From Candidatus Peregrinibacteria bacterium CG_4_9_14_0_2_um_filter_41_14 (GTDB taxonomy: Bacteria; Patescibacteriota; Gracilibacteria; UBA1369; UM-FILTER-41-14), in assembly GCA_002788755.1 (NCBI GenBank), contig PFRW01000063.1, positions 13,339 to 77,338 on the forward strand: 64,000 nucleotides of DNA, read 5' to 3'. A program made the translations under genes and the position numbers. Shown piece by piece: positions 9,943 to 18,626 of the stretch. The notes beneath the pieces were generated by a model. That model was not told the origin of the DNA. It ran no database searches and saw only the letters and a list, made by a program, of their open reading frames with translations. Positions within the stretch are counted from its first letter, which is position 1. Every line of letters starts with the position of its first letter.

Positions 9943-10734
9943 TTAATAAATCAAAGCTTGAACAAATGTAACAATCATATAAGCAAAAATAACAATTACC
10001 ATTCCGGTTAACCCCAACTTAATGACGTCCTTACCTTTACTAAGCTGTTCATCATCACCGGCAGCCGTTAATAAGAAATATGCACCAATTACAATTACAA
10101 CTAAAGCAGCCAGCCCAATCATATAAACCAATAAGCCCATCATTCGCACAATAAAATCCAAAACCGGATTACCACTGGTTCCTTTAAAAAAACCGACCTG
10201 ACCAGGAGCTGTTAAAGTATCGACAGCAAAAAATTCGCTACTATTAGGTACATCACCAGTCGTATCACGCTGACCAATATAATAGCCATATTTACTATTA
10301 GCGTCCTCGGGCACATCTGTATTTACAGCACCACCTTTAGCTATAGCCAAATCCACTAACTTCTTTTCGCTATTCGCTCCAACATCATCAAACTCAAAGT
10401 TAGAATTGAAATCGTAATAAAAATACTTTTTATAATCCTCTAAAGCCTTTCCTTGCAGATATTCACCACAAACGGCACATTCCAAACGTAAATCTGACCT
10501 TGCAAGATTTGCCGGTTTAGTTTCTGGACAAAGTTTTACATATTTATCACATTGATACTTAATTTTATCCGCACCAATCTGTGCATTATTTATAGACTCT
10601 GCTTCGGTAAAACTCATTTCTTCATCTGCAGCGTCCTGTGCCATCGCCACTCCCTGTACTAAACCCGCACATAAAACTAGAGCAATTAATCCGACACCCA
10701 ATTTTTGTAAGTAGCTAATTAAACGCATAAGCAT
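9943..10734 (-). CDS. Cys-containing secreted protein with C-terminal VirB2/TrbC-like two-helix module, paralogue 5
   Basis: 263 aa. Hydrophobic N-terminus, Cys cluster (YQCDKYVKLCPE...LECAVCGEY), then the C-terminal module TM - AAGDDEQLSKGK - TM. Confidence 0.5.
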   Translation of the reverse strand: MLMRLISYLQKLGVGLIALVLCAGLVQGVAMAQDAADEEMSFTEAESINNAQIGADKIKYQCDKYVKLCPETKPANLARSDLRLECAVCGEYLQGKALEDYKKYFYYDFNSNFEFDDVGANSEKKLVDLAIAKGGAVNTDVPEDANSKYGYYIGQRDTTGDVPNSSEFFAVDTLTAPGQVGFFKGTSGNPVLDFIVRMMGLLVYMIGLAALVVIVIGAYFLLTAAGDDEQLSKGKDVIKLGLTGMVIVIFAYMIVTFVQALIY

Positions 10735-10795
10735 ACTTGGTAACTAAATCTCCTTATATTACCACAAAAATCGACCATTGTCACCTATTTAGTCG

Positions 10796-13030
10796 CTAGC
10801 CATTACTAATTAAGATCTCACGAGGTTTAGCACCATTAACCGGTCCAACGACGCCGTTTTCCTCAAGCAGATCTAATAAACGGGCGGCACGCGCATAACC
10901 AATCCGTAAGCGACGTTGCAGTAGGGAAGCAGAAGCCTTATTACTATCCAAAATAACACTTAAGGCATCGTCGTATAAGTCATCTTCACCGCCACCACCG
11001 GCCATGCCGGCGGCACTTGCCTTGGTTTTACAGTCCACAATTTCGTCTTTGTAATCCGGTTCAATTGTTAGCTTAAGCCTATCCGTCACCCTCTTAATTT
11101 CCTTTGGCGAAATATAAATACCCTGAACACGAATTGGTTTGCCTAAATCTTTAGGCAAATAAAGCATATCACCCTTACCAAGCAAATCTTCGGCACCCAT
11201 CGCATCCAAAATTGTGCGTGAATCAATACTAGAAGTCACCGCATACGAAATACGAGTTGGAATATTAGCCTTAATTAAACCGGTAATCACATCCACAGAA
11301 GGCCTTTGCGTTGCCACAATTAAATGGATACCAACCGCCCGCGCCATTTGCGCAATCCGACAAATAGAAGCCTCCACCTCTTTACCGTTTGCCATCATTA
11401 AATCGGCCAACTCATCAATCACAATCACAATTTTTGGCATTTTCTTTAAACGACTATCATCCTCATTATATTCATCAATATTACGACAACCGGCATGCGA
11501 CAACGTTTCATAACGACGAGACATCTCGGCAACCGCCCAATTTAAGGCATTAGCAGCTTTCTCCGGATCGGTAACTACCGGCGTTAGCAAATGGGGGATA
11601 CCGTTATAATCTGTGAGCTCTACTCGCTTTGGATCAATTAAAATCAACTTTAGTTCACTTGGTGAATTTTGATACAGCAGAGAAATTAAAATAGTGTTCA
11701 TACCAACCGATTTACCGGCACCCGTAGCACCAGCAATTAATAAATGCGGCATATCCTGAATGTTGGCCACAATCGGTATTCCACTAACATCTCGTCCCAA
11801 CGGACACAACAAGTCAGACTTATTAACATTAGCCGCAAACTGTGGCGAACTAATAATTTCACGTAAATATACAACTGAACGTGCAGCGGAAGGTACTTCA
11901 ATACCAACTAAGGATTTCCCCGGAATGGGTGCTTCAATACGCACATTTTGAGCCGCCAAAGCTAAGGCTAAATCGTTCTTTAAACCTGTAATTTTAGATA
12001 ATTTCACTCCTTCACTCGGCTTTAAAGTGTACTGAATAACTGTTGGTCCTACATGCACATTTTTCATGACAACCTTAATCCCAAACTGTTCCAACTTTTT
12101 GCGAATAATTTCCGCATTACTACGTAACATTTTGTCATCCGCCGACACTTCAGAACTTTTATCATCAAGTAATTCAAGCGAAGGATACTCCCACTCAATT
12201 ACTTTAGTCTCCAACGTTTCTTCCACTCCATCCATTTCATGAATAGGTAGACGCACCTGTACTTCATCTTCAATTGGCTCATCTGCCCGAGCCACCTTAG
12301 CCTCATTCAACATTACCGGCTTAAGCTCGGGTATATCCGGTTTAATAATTCTAATGCCATCTTCATCCTGGTTAAGCGGTAAAGCTTTTTTTTCTTCAGC
12401 AGCCTTTTTAGGTTTTGCACTTTTTTTACTGCCTCGATTCATAAACAACACACCAAAAAACTTAATTACCGAACTTTCAAACGTTAACAAAGCGGCAATT
12501 AAAAACAAGCTTACAAAAATGACGGCCGAAGCAACTGGACTAATTTGCAACTTTGCTCGAATCAAATAATTAGTCGCAAAACCAATTGCACCTCCATGCG
12601 TGCCTTCTTTTGCAATTATCCCTATCTGCTCTATGGGAATTGATAAATGTAAAATACTTAAAATCGACACAAAGAATAACGCCACACCGCTAATTTTTGC
12701 CAAATTAATCTTGATCTTATTGTTAAACAAAATCAAAACACCAAAAAACATTAACAAGATGGGAATAAAATACAGACCCCATCCCAAAATTGGCGCCAAG
12801 GCGTTACGCATAAATACAGAGACAACACCAAGTGCATCAAAAAAACTGAGGACAATTAACGCTCCAACAGTAATAAGCACAATGCCCCAAATTGCACTTT
12901 TTACTTCTTCATCCAAATTCAATTCAAGCTGTTTTGTTTTAGTCTTACGGCGGCGAGTTTTTCTAGGTCCAAAAAACAAATTTTCCAAAAACCCTCCACT
13001 AGTACGGCGCCTCTTTCTACGTCGAGCCAT
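10796..13030 (-). CDS. ftsK: DNA translocase FtsK/SpoIIIE
   Basis: 744 aa. Arg/Lys-rich N-terminus with 4-5 TM helices. Walker A GATGAGKSVGMN, Walker B VIVIDELADLM, and a C-terminal gamma winged helix (LLQRRLRIGYARAARLLDLLE). Confidence 0.9.
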   Translation of the reverse strand: MARRRKRRRTSGGFLENLFFGPRKTRRRKTKTKQLELNLDEEVKSAIWGIVLITVGALIVLSFFDALGVVSVFMRNALAPILGWGLYFIPILLMFFGVLILFNNKIKINLAKISGVALFFVSILSILHLSIPIEQIGIIAKEGTHGGAIGFATNYLIRAKLQISPVASAVIFVSLFLIAALLTFESSVIKFFGVLFMNRGSKKSAKPKKAAEEKKALPLNQDEDGIRIIKPDIPELKPVMLNEAKVARADEPIEDEVQVRLPIHEMDGVEETLETKVIEWEYPSLELLDDKSSEVSADDKMLRSNAEIIRKKLEQFGIKVVMKNVHVGPTVIQYTLKPSEGVKLSKITGLKNDLALALAAQNVRIEAPIPGKSLVGIEVPSAARSVVYLREIISSPQFAANVNKSDLLCPLGRDVSGIPIVANIQDMPHLLIAGATGAGKSVGMNTILISLLYQNSPSELKLILIDPKRVELTDYNGIPHLLTPVVTDPEKAANALNWAVAEMSRRYETLSHAGCRNIDEYNEDDSRLKKMPKIVIVIDELADLMMANGKEVEASICRIAQMARAVGIHLIVATQRPSVDVITGLIKANIPTRISYAVTSSIDSRTILDAMGAEDLLGKGDMLYLPKDLGKPIRVQGIYISPKEIKRVTDRLKLTIEPDYKDEIVDCKTKASAAGMAGGGGEDDLYDDALSVILDSNKASASLLQRRLRIGYARAARLLDLLEENGVVGPVNGAKPREILISNG

Positions 13031-13067
13031 AGAGTTTTATATTACAATTAACTAACACTATTTTACC

Positions 13068-14066
13068 CTAAAGCTTGGGACGATACAAAGCAAAATCAAA
13101 AATTGGCAAGAAGCTGTCCGGCGCCACCGAAACCTCCAAAGTCCGCTCCGCACCACCCGCAATCCCAATCGATTTAATCTTAGACGTAGGCGATACTAGG
13201 TTTCCACTACCTGTCACTGTATTCAAATTCGCCAAATCACGCACACGATAATATACAGTTGCCGCATCCTTTCTTTCTAAATCAAAAGTTCCGCTTAACT
13301 TAGCCGGATCCAAAAAGTTAGTTAAAATCAAATAGTTTTGCTCATGGTTTTGCATAAACTCGCCAATACGCATTTCCGACCCCACTAAATCCGAATTTTC
13401 ATCAAATGTAGAAGGGAAAAAAGTACCAACATTCCAGTCACCATTTGGCCCTAAACTTACTGGCGAACCGGGCGAAGTCCCCTTCGACCTTGTCTGATCG
13501 CTTGCCGGCACAAACTCATTTAAAGAGTCGATTTCACCAGTCTTCTTATTTTTACCAAACAACTTCCATCGCAAAATATCAAACTGATTTAACTGCGTCG
13601 ATTCCAAAAAGCCAGTCAGTGGATAATAGTACTCAACAACAAAGTCACTAATATCGTCTGTAAAAGGCAACTTAATACTTTCATTCAACTTTAAACTATT
13701 GTAACTAACACTCTCATCCAAAACCGTACCTAGCAAACGCAACTGATAATCCGCCAAAACCGGAATTCGATTTGTTCGGCTAGCTACCTTATATTTTACT
13801 GCCACCATCGGATCACTCGAAATCTCCAAAATTTCCGTATTCGCCTCAAAACCGGGTTTATTCTCCTGAACATCCAATAAAGCCAACTCTATACCAGATT
13901 CGGCCGCATAATAAGCCCGTGTCTGTGTTAGCAAACCGCTAACAATCCGTGTCTCGCGACTAATTAATGAGCTCACACCCACAGTTACCAAAGTCAGCAA
14001 GCCGGCAAACACCAAAGCCACCAACAATGCACTTCCTTTCCGATTTTTCATTTGTAATTTTTTCAT
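13068..14066 (-). CDS. PilX/GspK-like minor pilin
   Basis: 332 aa. N-terminus KGSALLVALVFAGLLTLV is a hydrophobic prepilin-like helix lacking Glu5, as in PilX-type minor pilins. Last gene of the pilin run. Confidence 0.55.
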   Translation of the reverse strand: MKKLQMKNRKGSALLVALVFAGLLTLVTVGVSSLISRETRIVSGLLTQTRAYYAAESGIELALLDVQENKPGFEANTEILEISSDPMVAVKYKVASRTNRIPVLADYQLRLLGTVLDESVSYNSLKLNESIKLPFTDDISDFVVEYYYPLTGFLESTQLNQFDILRWKLFGKNKKTGEIDSLNEFVPASDQTRSKGTSPGSPVSLGPNGDWNVGTFFPSTFDENSDLVGSEMRIGEFMQNHEQNYLILTNFLDPAKLSGTFDLERKDAATVYYRVRDLANLNTVTGSGNLVSPTSKIKSIGIAGGAERTLEVSVAPDSFLPIFDFALYRPKL

Positions 14067-14692
14067 TAAAAGCGAACGTTATAAAATCGAGAAGAAACTG
14101 TAGTTTGCATAGAAATCCCCGGACGATCCGGATAAGCCTTTGCTCTAGCCAAAGCATTAATAGTTAAACTTGGTTGATACAAATTCTTTGAATCGATCCG
14201 CGTTTCCACATCATAAGGATTACTTGTAGGCCTCAATGTTAAATCAAACTGCAAAAACTCCGTATTCGCCGTATCCAATTTTCGATAAATAACTGCCGGC
14301 CACTCATTTTGACGACTTGCTCGCGTTTGCACCGCATATTCTAAATCCACAAAATCCAGTTCTTCTACCGTTTTTGTCTTAGCACTTAAAATATGTCGCT
14401 CCAAACCATCCTTACTTACAAAAGCTTGCACTTGATAATTATGAATATTGGGATCACAAACCGCAGTCTTAAAACAATTATAATCAATCGCATACTCCTT
14501 AACATCAGTACTTATCAAAGCCAAAATTTCGTTTAACTCTGAATAAACTTTTCTGTATCGATTTGCCTCAATTTGCACACCAATTAAATGGATAAAAGAA
14601 CTCAGCACAATACCAGTAAAGATCATAAATACAGTTATTGCGACTGTAATCTCAATCAATGTAAATCCGCTCTGTTTTTGAGTAAGCTTCAT
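14066..14692 (-). CDS. Prepilin-type N-terminal cleavage/methylation domain protein (minor pilin)
   Basis: 208 aa. QSG|FTLIEITVAITVFMIF matches the class III signal (G-F-x-x-x-E). Confidence 0.65.
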   Translation of the reverse strand: MKLTQKQSGFTLIEITVAITVFMIFTGIVLSSFIHLIGVQIEANRYRKVYSELNEILALISTDVKEYAIDYNCFKTAVCDPNIHNYQVQAFVSKDGLERHILSAKTKTVEELDFVDLEYAVQTRASRQNEWPAVIYRKLDTANTEFLQFDLTLRPTSNPYDVETRIDSKNLYQPSLTINALARAKAYPDRPGISMQTTVSSRFYNVRF

Positions 14693-14707
14693 AAGCCAGA
14701 TTAAATT

Positions 14708-15295
14708 TTAGAGTGGACCTTGTTTCCAATCGGTCAGTACGGTTACGTACTTTACTTCCTTTACAATCCCGTTTAAATCAAACAAAGTGACAGCAGTCAC
14801 CTTAAGTGGTGGCAGCTCTTCATATTGAGCAACCTTACTACCACTCATCACTTCCAACTCTACATACCGACTAAAACGCGTTGTCTCACCGGTTGCATCG
14901 TGTGTATAAAACTGACCCTTATTATTCTTAGCCAAATAAAGTTTGTTGGCCTCAAAGATAGGGCCGGTCGCTCTCATTATCCAAGGCGAATCACCAATAT
15001 TCCGACGATCAATTTGGACAATACTACTACTGCCACCCCGTGGCCAAAGGCTTTCACCCCAAAGGCGATCGGAATTTGCATTAAAACTAAAATTTTGCAA
15101 CCAGTTACTATCCCGCATATTGCGTACAATTTCCACAGCCTCACTATTTAAATAGTTAGCTGTTATATAACTTTGATTTAAAAGATTACTTTGTAGATTA
15201 CGACTAACTAAACTAGCCACAGCCACAAACGTAATTGTAATAATTGCCAAGGCAAAAATTACTTCCAACAATGAAAACCCTTTGCGCTTATTCAT
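14708..15295 (-). CDS. Prepilin-type N-terminal cleavage/methylation domain protein (minor pilin)
   Basis: 195 aa. RKG|FSLLEVIFALAIITI class III signal. Confidence 0.65.
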   Translation of the reverse strand: MNKRKGFSLLEVIFALAIITITFVAVASLVSRNLQSNLLNQSYITANYLNSEAVEIVRNMRDSNWLQNFSFNANSDRLWGESLWPRGGSSSIVQIDRRNIGDSPWIMRATGPIFEANKLYLAKNNKGQFYTHDATGETTRFSRYVELEVMSGSKVAQYEELPPLKVTAVTLFDLNGIVKEVKYVTVLTDWKQGPL

Positions 15296-15821
15296 TGTTA
15301 GCGGGGTTAGAATCTGTAAAGCGAGCTGTAGCCGGTATCAAAAAAACTTCACGTTCTTTTTCGGTATTCTTTAAATTTAACAACATCCTAACCACAGTCG
15401 AATCATTAATCGATTCAAATGGAAAAAAGATGTCACCATGCGGCGGTGTATAATAATAAGTAAAGCGATCAATCTCACGAGAATCGATTTTAATCCCTCT
15501 AACCAACAACTTGTTATCTGCAAACGGAGTCACCTTACTGGGAATTTTATCACATTTTTCGACTGGATTTAAATAAGGCGATTCAACAAAAAAAACGCCA
15601 TCTTCATCAACTAAAACACCTTTACAAATCGGCAAGTTTTTTGAGGAAACCTCAGTCTTAAGCGACTGCAATTGGCTTACAAATTCATCGCTCAATAAAG
15701 ATAACTTATAACTTTGGACAGTTCTATTATATCCACCCATAATTATTGTCGAAAGTAGTGCAATTACACTAATGACCACAACCAATTCAATCAGTGAAAA
15801 ACCTTTAGAATTATGCACCAA
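15288..15821 (-). CDS. Type IV pilin / pseudopilin
   Basis: 177 aa. SKG|FSLIELVVVISVIALLSTI class III signal. Overlaps both neighbours (8 and 11 nt). Confidence 0.65.
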   Translation of the reverse strand: MVHNSKGFSLIELVVVISVIALLSTIIMGGYNRTVQSYKLSLLSDEFVSQLQSLKTEVSSKNLPICKGVLVDEDGVFFVESPYLNPVEKCDKIPSKVTPFADNKLLVRGIKIDSREIDRFTYYYTPPHGDIFFPFESINDSTVVRMLLNLKNTEKEREVFLIPATARFTDSNPANNE

Positions 15822-16974
15822 CGCTTTGTGTTAAATTGAAAATAGGTAATAAAATTGCTAAAGCAAACAGAACCACAAACACAGCCACAATAATAATGAC
15901 CACCGGACCAATAATTGTATTAATGTTCTTTAACTTATAACGTAGCTCTTCTTCATACTGTTTAGAAATCTTTAAAGACAAATCCCCCAAACTGGCTGAC
16001 TTTTCACCGATCTCAATCATTTGAGTAACATTATCCGGAAACAACCATGGTACTTCACGCAAAACTTCTGAAATTTTTGAACCGGATTGCACTCGTCCAA
16101 CCAACTCTAAAATTTTAAATTGATACAAACTATTTGTAATCGCTCGACTGGTAATTTTTAAAGCTGTTTGAATCGGGATTCCAGATTCAATCAAAACTCC
16201 CAAAGTGCTAGTAAATTCCGCAATGTTAAAATTACGGACAACATCACCAAAATAGGGGAGACCTAAAATAAAGGCATCAAACTTAAGGCGACCATCGTGA
16301 CTACCAACATAAATCTTAAAAATAGTCCAAGCAATACCCACAAAAGCCGCCAACACAATCCAATAAGTTGAGAAAAACTCACTAGAGTTAATAAAGAGAC
16401 TTGTTAGCCCGTTAATCTCCAATCCATTTTCATTATATAAAGTTCGTAATTCCGGAATTACAAATGTAATCATAATAATCGCTGCAATTACCAACACAAT
16501 TCCAATAATTGCCGGATAAACCAACGCCGCCTCTAAATCCTGCCGCACTTTGGCTTGTCTTTCCGCCTGTTCTGCCAATCGTTTTAAAGAACGATCCATA
16601 GCACCTACGGCCTCACCAGTTTCAATAATACCCAACTCGGTTTTTGTAAATACATCACTAAACTCACCCATACTTTTAGATAAACTTTCCCCACGTTCTA
16701 CAGCATAATAAACCGTACTCAATATTCGATAAAAACGCTCATTTACAGCTCTATCCTTCAAAATTCGTAAAGACTGAAGTGTAGTCACACCAGCATTAAT
16801 CAACACACTAAACAACTGATAAAACAAAGCTTTCTCTTTATTACCAATTTTATGTCTTTCAATCCACCAATGGCGCAATTTATCCATTCCAGACAAGTCA
16901 TCCACCGGGGTAACGCCGTAAATAAACTCTTCAAAACGCTTACTTCGTCTCGATAATTTTTCAGACAAATCCAT
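15811..16974 (-). CDS. pilC: Type IV pilus platform protein PilC (GspF family)
   Basis: 387 aa. Two GspF-type repeats separated by TM helices, with a third TM helix at the C-terminus. Typical PilC/GspF length and layout. Confidence 0.85.
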   Translation of the reverse strand: MDLSEKLSRRSKRFEEFIYGVTPVDDLSGMDKLRHWWIERHKIGNKEKALFYQLFSVLINAGVTTLQSLRILKDRAVNERFYRILSTVYYAVERGESLSKSMGEFSDVFTKTELGIIETGEAVGAMDRSLKRLAEQAERQAKVRQDLEAALVYPAIIGIVLVIAAIIMITFVIPELRTLYNENGLEINGLTSLFINSSEFFSTYWIVLAAFVGIAWTIFKIYVGSHDGRLKFDAFILGLPYFGDVVRNFNIAEFTSTLGVLIESGIPIQTALKITSRAITNSLYQFKILELVGRVQSGSKISEVLREVPWLFPDNVTQMIEIGEKSASLGDLSLKISKQYEEELRYKLKNINTIIGPVVIIIVAVFVVLFALAILLPIFNLTQSVGA

Positions 16975-16985
16975 ATCTAATTATG

Positions 16986-17501
16986 TTAAGAATGGTAAAC
17001 TTCCATGCTAACCGAAAAATTCACCTGCACCGGCAACTCATCACCAATAGTTAACGTAAAATTATGTAAATTATAGAAACGCTCTTGCGCCTCTAAATCA
17101 TATAAAAATTCCAAGAAATCATACAAACCACCAGTTACATTAAGCGCAATTTGCACGCTATCAATAAACTGACTACCTGTTGTATTTTGCCCAAAACTAA
17201 TATTTTCCAATTTCATGTTATTTGTACTAGCCATATCGGCCAATTGTTCAATTAAGGCATCTTGATCAAACTTATTTGGGATACTAATTTCCAAAATGCG
17301 TTGATCGATTTCACCAACCTCACCCGTAGCTTGTTCCGGATTTGTTTGCTCTTGTCGTTTGGCAATCTCTGCCTTTAAACTAACTACACTCAAATCAAGT
17401 TCACTATTACTTTTGCGTAGTGGCGCAAAGGCAAAAACATACACAACAGTAATTGCTAAAAGGACAATCAACGTTACAACTAATTTTCGTTTATTGTTCA
17501 T
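16986..17501 (-). CDS. PilO-like pilus assembly protein
   Basis: 171 aa. Short basic N-terminus, one TM helix, a coiled-coil segment and a small alpha/beta C-terminal domain. Sits directly upstream of pilC. The call rests on architecture only. Confidence 0.45.
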   Translation of the reverse strand: MNNKRKLVVTLIVLLAITVVYVFAFAPLRKSNSELDLSVVSLKAEIAKRQEQTNPEQATGEVGEIDQRILEISIPNKFDQDALIEQLADMASTNNMKLENISFGQNTTGSQFIDSVQIALNVTGGLYDFLEFLYDLEAQERFYNLHNFTLTIGDELPVQVNFSVSMEVYHS

Positions 17502-18225
17502 TTGCTGGAGTTAAAGGAACATCGCGACTACGCAACTGTCGAGCCACATCCGTAATTTGTTCATCTAAGGTTGTGTCAATATTTGGATCTGGAGTAGTGA
17601 CGGCTCCGGTTAATTCGGTTTTTTCAATTAAAGTATTAACCGGATCTTCTGTAACTGCGTATTTCAAATTCAAAGTATAAGTTAAAAGCTCCTGACCAAC
17701 TTGATCAAATACACTTGAAATATTTGGAATAAATAAGTCCTTATAAAAGGCTCGTCGACCAAATTCACGCAATAGTACCGCTGTATCTGTATATGGATCA
17801 GCCGCACCGGATCTTGTTTTAACGCTAATACTAATATTGCCTTCTCTGCTACCACTTAAGGCTTGGTAGGTAACTAATCTTTTATCGACTTCCGCACTTT
17901 GAGGGTTCGTCTCAAACAAACGCTTTAAAACATTTGTCCAATACACACGTTCAGCTGCTTTTGTGGCTAAGAATTCCTTCTTAGTTGCCAAAGTCGCCTT
18001 AGACTCCGACTCACCAACTTGCGAATCCAATCGCTGCACAGTTGCTGCCAAATCTGCTTCCTCAGCTTTTAAAGATCGATTTTGCCAAAACATCACACCA
18101 CTCCAAACCACTAAAACTACCAAAACAAAGATAATAAATAGATTTAATAGCGAAGATCGTTTAGTCTCTAACGGATTTTCTCCATTAGGAGACGTAACTT
18201 CAGGATTGTTGATAGGAGGTTCCAT
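17491..18225 (-). CDS. PilN-like bitopic membrane protein (hypothetical)
   Basis: 244 aa. Cytoplasmic N-terminus, one TM helix (LLNLFIIFVLVVLVVWSGVMF), a coiled coil and a C-terminal domain. First gene of the pilus string. The call rests on architecture and position only. Confidence 0.35.
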   Translation of the reverse strand: MEPPINNPEVTSPNGENPLETKRSSLLNLFIIFVLVVLVVWSGVMFWQNRSLKAEEADLAATVQRLDSQVGESESKATLATKKEFLATKAAERVYWTNVLKRLFETNPQSAEVDKRLVTYQALSGSREGNISISVKTRSGAADPYTDTAVLLREFGRRAFYKDLFIPNISSVFDQVGQELLTYTLNLKYAVTEDPVNTLIEKTELTGAVTTPDPNIDTTLDEQITDVARQLRSRDVPLTPANEQ

Positions 18226-18302
18226 AAATTTATTTACAAACTAAATCTTTACATTGTAACATAAAGACTCCAGACAAACAAGGTGCTAACCATCATTTTC
18301 CC

Positions 18303-18626
18303 ATGCAAACCCCAAAAAACTTCATCTATAAAAACAAAGAGTTCACATGCCAAAAATGTGGCACACTTAACCCAATTCCACCCAGAAAAATCCGCAATCA
18401 CTGCCTCAACTGCCTCTATTCACTACATTTAGACCTAAATATTCCCGGTGACCGAGCCAGCAACTGTAAAGGCTTAATGGCCCCCATGCGCACCTATCAA
18501 AACACGCAAAAAGGCTGGATGATTGAGCACCAATGTCTAAGCTGTGACAAAACAACCCCCAACATTGCCCTAGACGACGACAATTGGGATCGAATTATTG
18601 AACTTGCCAATGCTCAACACAAATAA
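18303..18626 (+). CDS. RNHCP-domain zinc-ribbon protein
   Basis: 107 aa. CQKCG...RNHCLNC...C...C arrangement; the literal RNHC motif matches the RNHCP domain family as I recall it. Confidence 0.55.
   Translation: MQTPKNFIYKNKEFTCQKCGTLNPIPPRKIRNHCLNCLYSLHLDLNIPGDRASNCKGLMAPMRTYQNTQKGWMIEHQCLSCDKTTPNIALDDDNWDRIIELANAQHK

Noticed and set aside
10796-13030. FtsK as a conjugative TraB-like or dedicated DNA-uptake translocase, because of its position between pilus and pilin-like genes.
   Set aside because: It has the full housekeeping architecture: a multi-TM N-terminus, a linker, the alpha/beta motor and a gamma winged helix. Nothing in the sequence distinguishes it from division FtsK. Only the gene context is noted as a finding.
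12600-13055. Long antisense ORFs inside well-supported genes. Examples: 12600-13055 opposite ftsK, 35293-35742 opposite ruvB, 32999-33400 opposite clpC, 54359-54787 opposite the 7TM gene, 22389-22715 (Arg-rich) opposite galU, and 20640-20972 opposite ftsH.
   Set aside because: Each lies wholly within a gene whose product has strong conserved motifs on the other strand. Their translations are low-complexity or compositionally odd and carry no recognisable motif. They are typical shadow ORFs.
18226-18302. Divergent 77-nt region between the long minus-strand string and the long plus-strand string, considered as a possible replication origin.
   Set aside because: No dnaA or dnaN is nearby and I saw no cluster of DnaA-box-like 9-mers (TTATCCACA type). 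The region is too short, and gene orientation switches many more times in the window.
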